This document shows, piece after piece, positions 16,499 to 25,513 of a stretch of 30,804 nucleotides of DNA. Positions within the stretch are counted from its first letter, which is position 1; every line of letters starts with the position of its first letter. Under the pieces are notes generated by a model that ran no database searches, was not told the origin of the DNA, and worked only from the letters and a program-made list of their open reading frames with translations. The stretch is from a virus. Taxonomy: Duplodnaviria; Caudoviricetes. The DNA is taken from IMG/VR virus record IMGVR_UViG_3300047561_000230, positions 1-30,804 of that record, one strand, 5' to 3'. Position numbers and translations under genes: made by a program.

Positions 16499-17793
16499 TA
16501 TGCTCCCAAATTGAATGCTCTAAGCATTGCTGTTGTGTCGCCCAAAGTTACACTCTTATAGTTATCTGAGTCTTTATATTCTTTACTTCTATAAACTTGA
16601 GCCTTATACTCTTGTATGGTTAAAGGAACTGCACCAGAACCGACATCATACATATCTTTAACCCTAATTTGATCCTCTGGTATACCTAGTATTTGAGAAC
16701 GTACACTTATATAAGGACTAAGAACTTCTCTAGCGCTCTTACCTTTAGCGTAAAAATCTTTAAATGCTGGCATAATAATGCTAGCGTGCATACCAATATC
16801 TTCTAATATATTTTTAGCAGCATCAGGACTTCTGAGGGACTGAACCGCTTTATTGTATATTTGCTTATCATCAATAGGGATACCATTGTCTTCATAAGCA
16901 GAGCGAAGGGCTCTAACAGATCTACCTAAAGCACCCTTGTCGGTAGCAACAACGCCACCAAGACTGTATACATTATCGGCTTTCTTTTGTACATACTTAA
17001 GTAATATATCTTCTTTTTGCTGGGTGCTAATGCCCGCTTTAGTTGACTCAAGTGCGTTAACTTCTTTAGCATACGCCTTAACTAGACCAGAATCTGCCTT
17101 GCTGTCAAACAAATCTAAAAACTTACTATCCATATCTGCTTGAAGTTGAGATAATGGGGTTACTGCCTTAGTCGCTGTACCTGTTTTACCAAAAAATTGC
17201 TGTGCTAGCGCTGGTTGACTAATTAATTTGACAATAGTATTATCTATTGTACCACCTGACCACTCAGCAAATGAAACAACTTGCTCAAGGGCTGCAAAAT
17301 CAACAGCACGTGGAACTATATCTCCACCTTTTATCATTCTTTGAATAAAATCTGCAGTAGGAGCAGTTCCACTTGTATATAAGCCAGGTATTTGGCCTAG
17401 TCTAACAAGTGCTTGTGCTCTTTGTGCTGGTTGTAGGTTGGCAAGATAGGTAGCACCTGCCCCTTTCATTAGGTCAGCCGTGCCTCCACCTGCAATTACT
17501 CCACCTTTTTTTAATCCAGATAAGGTTGTCTTGTCGTCAAGCATTCCAACTTGATTACTTGCCGCTGCCAGAGCAGCAGCGTTAGCATCTGATGTAGAAA
17601 TTCCAGTTGAACCAGCCTGTACTGGTTTTCCATCTTTACCAATTACTTGCTTGCCACCAATAATGGCTGCTCCACCAATAAGTATTTTTTTCTTTTTACT
17701 TATTTTCTTTTTAACAACTTTTTTAGCAGCCTTTTGGGCGCCTTTGCTAAGGGCTTCGCTAGCAATTGCTCTGATTACGCCTGTTACTGCCAT
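16498..17793 (-). CDS. Putative internal virion protein (431 aa)
   Basis: Helical; N-terminal Lys-rich tract followed by a hydrophobic stretch; coupled to both neighbours. Confidence 0.5.
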   Translation of the reverse strand: MAVTGVIRAIASEALSKGAQKAAKKVVKKKISKKKKILIGGAAIIGGKQVIGKDGKPVQAGSTGISTSDANAAALAAASNQVGMLDDKTTLSGLKKGGVIAGGGTADLMKGAGATYLANLQPAQRAQALVRLGQIPGLYTSGTAPTADFIQRMIKGGDIVPRAVDFAALEQVVSFAEWSGGTIDNTIVKLISQPALAQQFFGKTGTATKAVTPLSQLQADMDSKFLDLFDSKADSGLVKAYAKEVNALESTKAGISTQQKEDILLKYVQKKADNVYSLGGVVATDKGALGRSVRALRSAYEDNGIPIDDKQIYNKAVQSLRSPDAAKNILEDIGMHASIIMPAFKDFYAKGKSAREVLSPYISVRSQILGIPEDQIRVKDMYDVGSGAVPLTIQEYKAQVYRSKEYKDSDNYKSVTLGDTTAMLRAFNLGA

Positions 17794-20700
17794 TATTCAA
17801 CCTCTAGTTCGTATTTGAAGAAAGCATAAAATATCTTTTGAAACTCTGGATTTCTTTTAATTATTTCAAGTGCTTGTTCTGCTAAGAAAGTTCTTTGAGA
17901 TTCAAAACCTTTTGTCTTTAAACTATCGTTTGGTTTCTTTCCATTGACTTCAAGTACCTTGTCACGCAGGGCAAGGTAATCTCTTATACCAGCAACTGAT
18001 TCAGAGTTTAAAAATCTTTCATCTTGTGCTGCTCTTCTGAGTTGATTTAACGTTCTATCATCTCTAGTAAAGTCAAAGGTATCTTGCTTAAGACCTATTG
18101 TAACAAAACTATCTCTAAGGCTAGATACCGCAGCGCTTTCATATTTACTACTCCAACCCTCTGCTATTGAACGAGTAAGGAGCCTATCTTTTGCGGCAGA
18201 GTAACGAATTTGAGTTGCTCTATCAATAATTTGTTGAGTAGTTAGCCGTTGTGATTTGCCACTTAATTCGTTCCATTTTCTTAACTGCATAGAAAGTCCA
18301 CCATTAGGGTATAAGTATCCATAAATATCGGCATACTCTTTATCTATCCCAGGATTTTCTAATAAAAGTTTATAAGTGTATAAGTTATCTGGTGGTGCAA
18401 ACTTTCCGTCTTTTCCACTCCAAGTTCCAATTAAAGCAAAGACTTGTTCTGGCCCATATAGGTCTAAGAAATCAGCATATGCTTTTTGTTTATCTCCACC
18501 TGCAGCATTTTCTAATTCTCTAAAATCATTATAAAGAGCAGCGGCTAATAAAGTATTTCCAGATTTATCTTTAACTAAATCTTCTGGCATAATAGCAACT
18601 GGGCTAGTCATACCAAATAACCCTCTAGATACAGCAAACCATTTTGCAAATCTATCTGTATCTTTTGTTAATCTGTTTTGATCTTCCACTGTGTCAAGAT
18701 TGTAGTCACCACCACTGGCAAGGTAATTCATTACTGGTCCAAACGAGGAAGCATATGACTGTTCCCAACCAAAAAGGCCAGAACTTATTCTAGATATATT
18801 GTTTGAAGTAAGTGATGAAACAATTCCATCTGGTGTTTTTAAATTAGGTCGTCCAAATGGGAAAAGAAATTTTTCTACCCCAATACGCAAGTCAGTAGGA
18901 AGCGGAGATAAAACATCTACTCCTAATGCGTTTAAGGCACTTATTGATAAAGTAATACCAGGACCAAATCCTGGGAAAACTCCAGTACCTAAAGCAAAGT
19001 TAAATGATTGAGGAGTACCTTTAGTACCTTGTGGACCAGATGTACTCAACTCACCTTTTGCTATTAGGTTGGTCATAAAATTCATACCGCTTGCCATAAA
19101 CGGAACAAAAAATTGTCTCTCACCAGAACGAGGGTCGTTAAAAAAGAATCCTTGATTTGGATCATAGTAACTTTTAGCATCTGTTACTTCATATAGTGCA
19201 GATGACTTGGGTGAATTAAGGAAATTTAATCCTCGGGCAAGTTTGTATACTTGTGCAGGATTGTTAAAAGAAAGTTCAGCCCATTTGCTTATTGTATTTT
19301 CCCACGCTTGTCCAAAAGGTGCAACTAATCTTAATTGATGCCACAACAAACGTTTCTTAGATGCATCATAAAATAAATCTTTAACGTGTGATGTTGCTAC
19401 TTTTTCAGCATACAAATGAATTTCATCTAAAGTCATAGTACCTTCGCCTTTAGCCTTTTTGGCTTGGTTCCAGAATACGTGCTCTAATCCTATTTTTCTT
19501 TTACCGCTAGCATCTAATAAATTATTTAATGATTTAGGTGCAGCAGTTTTAATGCTTGTTAAAGCAACAGAATCTGCTGCATAAATTACATCTGTAACGG
19601 CTTCCCAATATTTCTGACGCCACTCAGGACCCATACCAGCAATCTTCTGCCACTTTACGGAAATATCAAAGAAAGCATCGCTTTTTTCTACAAGAAAATT
19701 TAATGTTTTAGAATCAGTAATTCCAATTTTTTCAGGTACTTGATATCTAACTTTTTCCCAATCGCCAGCACCATCAAAATATTTTTTAAGTTGTCCAGCA
19801 AATTCTTCAGTAGAGTCTCTCATTGCTTTTTTACCAGCAGAAACTTGTTGAGAATTTTTAATAGAGTTTGCAGCAACATCTGACGCTTTAGGAATTCTTA
19901 TTGAATAACCAGCAGTTTCAACCGCACCCTCTGAAATTAATTTTATAATTGTTTCAGCGGCAGGACCATCTCCACCAGCGGCTAACCTTACGCGAGCACG
20001 AGCACCAGTTAATTGTTTTTCTGAGTTAACGCCAGTAAACAAGTATGACATTACTCCTTCAGGAGTATTTAAAAATTCTCTGGTCTTTGGGTTGCTTATA
20101 CCATTTAAGAATCTGTCCCAGCCTGGCTTACCCTCACCATACAGAAGTCTATTAACTGTGTTTGCTTCTTCACCTACACGAGTACCAATAGCAAGTTTTG
20201 CCCAAGTATCTGAACCTAGGTTTATAATATCGTCTGCTAATCCAAGCCACCATCTTGGGTCATCTTTATAAACTAGTGAATAGCCAGTTGTTGCAGCAAT
20301 TTTATTTATTTCGCCTCTAGATAGATTGCTTGTATCATACATATTTGCTGAATAAGAATTTTTACTTTCAACGGCAATTATTTCGTTTGCCAATTGATCG
20401 GTTGATGGTTCTTTTATACTCTTGCCAAAGACATTATTTTTCCATTGATCTTGGCTATTTAATAAACGTTGAAAAGCGTTTCCATTATCTTTGCCAACCA
20501 TCATACCAATTGCAGCCATAGGATTGTTATAAAAAGATATGTTACCATTGAGCATCATTCTTATTTGCTCTTCACCTATATTACGAATAATATAGGCAGG
20601 TCTAGTTAAGATAACTCTTTTCCAGTAATTGCTAGTAAAAGCATCAACTTTATTTAAAACAGCACCACTATATTTACCTTTATAGCCCACTACTTTATTA

Positions 20701-22670
20701 AGTTTGCCAATTCTTGCAAGTTCACCTAGCAACTCTGCAGGAGGTGGAAAATAAAGCATAGAATTTAAACGTTCAGACTCTAGGTGTGGTCCACTAAGTA
20801 TTACGCTGTCGCCTGCTGATCGCATATATTCAACGCCACCAACACCATTAGTTCCTTTTATATGGCGTTCAGCCCAAAAAATAGATTGTTTTTCTGATTC
20901 ATCTGCAAAGACTCTGGTTAATCTTTTTAATTCCTCTGTTGATATTCCTGCTTTTTCAAATGCAGATGCATTGGCTTTAAACACTTCATCAAAAACTCTT
21001 GTTGCTGCTTTATAGGCATTGTCTCTAGGATCAATACTGTAAACAACATCATCGACTAATTTTATAAGTATTTTTTCATCAACATTGAATGTTTTTCCAA
21101 AACCAAGAATAGTTTCTGCAACAGCATCTTTATCGTTATAATGAACTAGGGTTCCTTGTTTAGGAATATAGTTATTCCAACTACGACTCAAAGCACTGTA
21201 AAGTTTTTCGGCTTGAGGAAGTTTCTTTATTCCCTTAGCAGCCCATCCAGTAACAGCCTGTGCTGGTATTACCGCAGGTCCTTTATACATTTTAGAAAGC
21301 CCTCGAGATACTGCAGTTCCAGATTCTAATATACTCTGAACTACTTGACCCTGGGCAATATAGCCCGCTAAAACATTTGCAACTTCTTCTTTTGTACTTG
21401 CTCTAGCAAGAGCAGAAGCCTGTGTATAGGTAAAGCCTTCTCCACCACTACGCTTACTATATTCCATAAGCCTAACAGGATTTCTTATTTGTGCAATTTC
21501 TTCTAAAACTGGTTTTGCTGAACGACCATTTAAATATGTTTCAAGAGCATCATAGTGAACACCTTTTTGAACGCCTTGAGTTTCTGTGTCTAATTTAACT
21601 TGTCTTGAAAAAGCATCATTGTATGCGTTTTGAAATTTTAACAATTCGCTATCAGCAACTGGAACTCCTGCGTTTACGGCTCTTTCGGTTAAGTTAAGAT
21701 CCTGTAATGCTTTAGAAACATCATCTGCTTCATTTATCATTTGAGTTTCAAGAATGGTCAATTTTTGTAATTGCTCAGCAGATGCTCTGCCGTTTACGTA
21801 AGCCTCAGATTTTTTAATCTGATTATATGCTTTTCTTGCTTTGCTTACTTTTGTAAGAGGATCTGCATAAATCATTAATCCAATTTCACCAACAGCATTT
21901 ATAAGCCTGGCTGTTCCGCCCTCAAGGTTGCCGCCAGTCATATAATAAGATATAGGATCTACGGGAGAATATGGACGATAAAGAGGATTTCCTTCTTTAT
22001 CTAATACTAAGTTTCCTTCTCCATCTAATACTTTAATTTTACCAAATTTTAATTTTTCTTCTCTTACTTTAAAACCTACACCAGATTCTTCGTTAGGAAA
22101 AAAACCTTCTCCAATATCAATTTTACCTTCTTGAACAAATTGCTTTAAAGATTGAACGGCGTATGTTGAATCATAACCTTCCCATACTGCATCACCCTTT
22201 GCGCCAGTAAACTGAGAACCAACAATATTTCCTAAGGTATTTATTATTCCTTCTACAGGAGCAAATCCTAACATAAAAGTATTTCTAGTTACACCCTTAA
22301 TTGTTTTCCATACATTGTAAGGAACCCCAAAAAGTTGTTTTTTAAAATTAGCATTTGCTTCTTCTTGGCTTTTTAAAAGTGCTTGTTTTTCTCTATCGGC
22401 TTTTGTTTGACTATCTATGTCCGCAAAAGTTTTAACTAATTCACTTGATCCAATAGTCCCATTTTTATATAATCCAGATATAACGCCAGCAGATGCACTT
22501 GGATTTGATGAAATGGTTTTTCTTAACTCGTCACCTTTTGGTCCATTAAGAACTTCTGCTTGTTGTTGTATGTCAACATAGTCTAGTTGTTGCTTAGTAA
22601 AGTTATTGCCCTCAAATCCAACAATAACATAATTACCATTGGCATCTTTTTTAATGTTTGGATTTGCCAC
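17793..22670 (-). CDS. Large putative internal virion / DNA ejection protein (1625 aa)
   Basis: Very large, mostly helical, GTG start. No RNA polymerase or lytic transglycosylase motif recognised. Confidence 0.55.
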   Translation of the reverse strand: MANPNIKKDANGNYVIVGFEGNNFTKQQLDYVDIQQQAEVLNGPKGDELRKTISSNPSASAGVISGLYKNGTIGSSELVKTFADIDSQTKADREKQALLKSQEEANANFKKQLFGVPYNVWKTIKGVTRNTFMLGFAPVEGIINTLGNIVGSQFTGAKGDAVWEGYDSTYAVQSLKQFVQEGKIDIGEGFFPNEESGVGFKVREEKLKFGKIKVLDGEGNLVLDKEGNPLYRPYSPVDPISYYMTGGNLEGGTARLINAVGEIGLMIYADPLTKVSKARKAYNQIKKSEAYVNGRASAEQLQKLTILETQMINEADDVSKALQDLNLTERAVNAGVPVADSELLKFQNAYNDAFSRQVKLDTETQGVQKGVHYDALETYLNGRSAKPVLEEIAQIRNPVRLMEYSKRSGGEGFTYTQASALARASTKEEVANVLAGYIAQGQVVQSILESGTAVSRGLSKMYKGPAVIPAQAVTGWAAKGIKKLPQAEKLYSALSRSWNNYIPKQGTLVHYNDKDAVAETILGFGKTFNVDEKILIKLVDDVVYSIDPRDNAYKAATRVFDEVFKANASAFEKAGISTEELKRLTRVFADESEKQSIFWAERHIKGTNGVGGVEYMRSAGDSVILSGPHLESERLNSMLYFPPPAELLGELARIGKLNKVVGYKGKYSGAVLNKVDAFTSNYWKRVILTRPAYIIRNIGEEQIRMMLNGNISFYNNPMAAIGMMVGKDNGNAFQRLLNSQDQWKNNVFGKSIKEPSTDQLANEIIAVESKNSYSANMYDTSNLSRGEINKIAATTGYSLVYKDDPRWWLGLADDIINLGSDTWAKLAIGTRVGEEANTVNRLLYGEGKPGWDRFLNGISNPKTREFLNTPEGVMSYLFTGVNSEKQLTGARARVRLAAGGDGPAAETIIKLISEGAVETAGYSIRIPKASDVAANSIKNSQQVSAGKKAMRDSTEEFAGQLKKYFDGAGDWEKVRYQVPEKIGITDSKTLNFLVEKSDAFFDISVKWQKIAGMGPEWRQKYWEAVTDVIYAADSVALTSIKTAAPKSLNNLLDASGKRKIGLEHVFWNQAKKAKGEGTMTLDEIHLYAEKVATSHVKDLFYDASKKRLLWHQLRLVAPFGQAWENTISKWAELSFNNPAQVYKLARGLNFLNSPKSSALYEVTDAKSYYDPNQGFFFNDPRSGERQFFVPFMASGMNFMTNLIAKGELSTSGPQGTKGTPQSFNFALGTGVFPGFGPGITLSISALNALGVDVLSPLPTDLRIGVEKFLFPFGRPNLKTPDGIVSSLTSNNISRISSGLFGWEQSYASSFGPVMNYLASGGDYNLDTVEDQNRLTKDTDRFAKWFAVSRGLFGMTSPVAIMPEDLVKDKSGNTLLAAALYNDFRELENAAGGDKQKAYADFLDLYGPEQVFALIGTWSGKDGKFAPPDNLYTYKLLLENPGIDKEYADIYGYLYPNGGLSMQLRKWNELSGKSQRLTTQQIIDRATQIRYSAAKDRLLTRSIAEGWSSKYESAAVSSLRDSFVTIGLKQDTFDFTRDDRTLNQLRRAAQDERFLNSESVAGIRDYLALRDKVLEVNGKKPNDSLKTKGFESQRTFLAEQALEIIKRNPEFQKIFYAFFKYELEVE

Positions 22671-23119
22671 TAAATTCTGCCTTCAGCGCTCAAATACTCC
22701 AGCATACGGCGGACATCTTCATTACTTGGATCTTGAAGATATAGTGCTTGAATTAATTTTGCTGAGTTATCCATTGGTCCTTGTGGAACCATAGCGGGTA
22801 AAGATAATGCTTCTGATCCTGCGCCAAGTCCAGCGTCAGCACCATTAGTTACTGGCTCATCTGGTCTTTGGGTTGGAGCATCAAGTCCTACAATTTGTGG
22901 TAGTTGTGGAGCAGATGCTTGTGTTACTGCTCCTACTGGATTACCAGCAAGGGGAGCAGATGTTTGTTGTTGCATTTGTGCTTGACCTTGTCCATAGGCT
23001 AAGCCTGACATATAACGTGCAGGCTGTACGCCTGATTGTCCTGCGCCACCTGTACCTGAAACATTTGCAGGATTGTTCTGTGGTGCAGTAGGGCGATTAC
23101 CGCCTCTGTTCTCTGCCAT
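22670..23119 (-). CDS. Gly/Pro/Gln-rich small virion-associated protein (149 aa)
   Basis: GGAGGA RBS; low-complexity body with C-terminal helices. Confidence 0.65.
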   Translation of the reverse strand: MAENRGGNRPTAPQNNPANVSGTGGAGQSGVQPARYMSGLAYGQGQAQMQQQTSAPLAGNPVGAVTQASAPQLPQIVGLDAPTQRPDEPVTNGADAGLGAGSEALSLPAMVPQGPMDNSAKLIQALYLQDPSNEDVRRMLEYLSAEGRI

Positions 23120-23127
23120 AGTTCCTC

Positions 23128-23697
23128 CTACTTAGTAAATTGAGTTTTAATGTTTGCGGCTCCACCGCACCATATGTTGTACTGAATTGCTACGTTAATT
23201 GCTTTCTTAGCGGCGCTAGTTGCTTTAGCGTGTGTCTTAGTTTCAATTTCCATTGACGCTAATGCACCAAGTGCTAATGCTCCACCTGAGCCTATACCAT
23301 ACAAACCTTTGTCATCCCGCATATATCCATAGTCATCACTAACTTGATATAACTTTCCATTAAAACAAACTAATGCATCCCATCCAGCATCCTCATCATT
23401 CTTGCCTTTAGGATTTGGATCGTATCCTGCCTCAGTTAAAGTTTGTTTTATAGATGGCAATACTCTAATCATCATAAATCTATCTGGGTCTTGAGTTTTA
23501 ATTACCTTAGGCGGTTGCCATAAGTTATTAAGTATATCTCCTGCTATAGCATCACCTGCTACTGCAATTAAATACTCACCAATTTTAACTATCTTGTCAC
23601 AACCCTTAGCAAGATATGGTCTATCTGTGTATGTGGTCATTGAGTCTGCCGCTAAGACAGCCCAACCTTTACCCTGTATACCAACTATTGCTGTCAT
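23128..23697 (-). CDS. HslV/proteasome beta-like Ntn threonine hydrolase (189 aa)
   Basis: After Met removal: Thr1, Asp17 (AADS), Lys34 (DKI), AVAG and GIGSGG motifs. Confidence 0.8.
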   Translation of the reverse strand: MTAIVGIQGKGWAVLAADSMTTYTDRPYLAKGCDKIVKIGEYLIAVAGDAIAGDILNNLWQPPKVIKTQDPDRFMMIRVLPSIKQTLTEAGYDPNPKGKNDEDAGWDALVCFNGKLYQVSDDYGYMRDDKGLYGIGSGGALALGALASMEIETKTHAKATSAAKKAINVAIQYNIWCGGAANIKTQFTK

Positions 23698-23711
23698 TGT
23701 CCCCCACTTAA

Positions 23712-25505
23712 TTATCTTCGGCGAATAGTTCTCACACTTGAGTTTGCTCCGCCGCCTGAAGTCAGGCTAGATAAAAGACTTTGTACATCTGGTGCTTGTT
23801 CTTGTTGTGGAGGTAATTGTGTTCCACCCTGTTCAGGAGATGGAGAGCCTCCTACTGGCGCACCAGCGGGAGCAGGGGACGTTTGCTCAACCGAAGGATT
23901 AGAGGCACCAGAAGGAGGGACCTGTTGCTGTGGCGCAAAGGTTGCCTCGATAGCATCTTCTAATGCTTGTCCCTTTTGGCGTGCCTTGATTACCGCAGCA
24001 ATTTTACGTACCACATCTGATGCGTCTGCTCCGCTTGCAGCCATCTGTGGAATTGCCTGTGTGTATGCTGTGAGAGAACCGAGCAAAGCAGTTCGCATAT
24101 CTTCAATTTCAATTTTTTCTAGTTCTTGTGTTACGTTAACAGTAAATGGCAATTCACGCATAGCCATATCCTTAGAGATTAATTTACCTCCAAGAGCCTG
24201 TAACATAAAGATAAGACCTTGTGCTGGATTAAGACCAGCAAGCATACCGTATCTAACATCGGCTGAGTAGTCTTGTTTAATATCTTTGCTTGGCTTGTAT
24301 GTAACTTCATATGGTGAACCTGAGTCTACACCACGAATTGTTTTCTCTTCAGGGTAAAGTACTTCATCTACCTCAAAGCAAAGACCAATTACATCACGAA
24401 GTGCTGCAGCAAAGATTGCTTGTGCTGATTTAACCTGTGTATCAAAGGCGCCCATAAGAGCCTGCACACCTTGACCAGTAACAACAGAAGCACTAACGTT
24501 TCCAGTTCTTGATTCTGGATAACGAGTTCCAACTCTTAACTCTTGGTTAAGTAGGGTCTGCTCGGTAAATGCACCTTGTGGTAATGTAAGTTCTACTCTA
24601 CGAACACCTGCTGGGTTAGAGGTACGGATAACCGCATCGCCACCCAGTTGTAGTTCTTGTACATCGTTAGGAAGTACAATTGGTGCTTGAACAGATTTCT
24701 CTGCAGCCTCCATAGCAAGTAAAGCAAAACGATTACGCAGTAACTGAATTCCTAATACATCGTCAAACTGTCCACGTAACTCACCATCAACAGATGGCTT
24801 ACGTGCAACTACTACCATTATCTTACCCAATGGATTAGCAGCCTGTGATAAAATTAAATTATTTCTTGCTGGTATATAGATGACTGATTGATCTTTATCG
24901 TAGTAACGAATCATCTCTATCTGTGAGTTTAGGTTCTGATCATATCCATCACGACCAAGTAACTCTCTTTCAAACTCTGGGAACTGACTTATTAACTCAC
25001 CTAATGTAAGGGAGTATCTTTTAGCAAATGCTATACAACGTCCATAACGATCAAACTCTGGGTAGGAACCAATTGGATTCTCTACACGAATGCGAGGTAG
25101 TTTTGAATCCTCATCTAATTCTATAATGAATGGAACAAAGCCGTAGGTTATATACCAGTCTGCTCCTGAGTACATCTGGACCGATAGGTCAGAATGCGTA
25201 AAATAATTACTAGCAATACGAGTACGCTTATCGGCAAAAGTACGAGCACGATCAGAGACCTGATTAGCGGCTGAACAGTTAACCGCTGGAAGAGGCGCCA
25301 TAACTTCTGAAAGGTCACGGGCAACGATATCAATAAAATTTGCCACGACATTAGCGTCTACTCCTTCTGGGAAAAAGTTAGGATAGACATCAGCAATCTT
25401 ACCTTTACGTACAGCAAGTACGTCAAGGTTGCGAGCATCACGCTCTGTGCTTCTATAGCGTAAGGATTGAACCCTCGCTGATACTTGCTCAATTGATAAT
25501 GCCAT
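23712..25505 (-). CDS. Portal protein (597 aa)
   Basis: Size, position after terminase, helical content and Pro/Gln-rich tail. Confidence 0.8.
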   Translation of the reverse strand: MALSIEQVSARVQSLRYRSTERDARNLDVLAVRKGKIADVYPNFFPEGVDANVVANFIDIVARDLSEVMAPLPAVNCSAANQVSDRARTFADKRTRIASNYFTHSDLSVQMYSGADWYITYGFVPFIIELDEDSKLPRIRVENPIGSYPEFDRYGRCIAFAKRYSLTLGELISQFPEFERELLGRDGYDQNLNSQIEMIRYYDKDQSVIYIPARNNLILSQAANPLGKIMVVVARKPSVDGELRGQFDDVLGIQLLRNRFALLAMEAAEKSVQAPIVLPNDVQELQLGGDAVIRTSNPAGVRRVELTLPQGAFTEQTLLNQELRVGTRYPESRTGNVSASVVTGQGVQALMGAFDTQVKSAQAIFAAALRDVIGLCFEVDEVLYPEEKTIRGVDSGSPYEVTYKPSKDIKQDYSADVRYGMLAGLNPAQGLIFMLQALGGKLISKDMAMRELPFTVNVTQELEKIEIEDMRTALLGSLTAYTQAIPQMAASGADASDVVRKIAAVIKARQKGQALEDAIEATFAPQQQVPPSGASNPSVEQTSPAPAGAPVGGSPSPEQGGTQLPPQQEQAPDVQSLLSSLTSGGGANSSVRTIRRR

Positions 25506-25513
25506 TGTATCCT

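Noticed and set aside
17793-22670. N4-like virion RNA polymerase
   Set aside because: About half the expected size, no polymerase motifs recognised, and the early promoters are host sigmaA type.
22670-23119. Pup-like tag protein next to the proteasome-like gene
   Set aside because: Low-complexity, but it lacks a C-terminal GGE/GGQ and is much longer than Pup.
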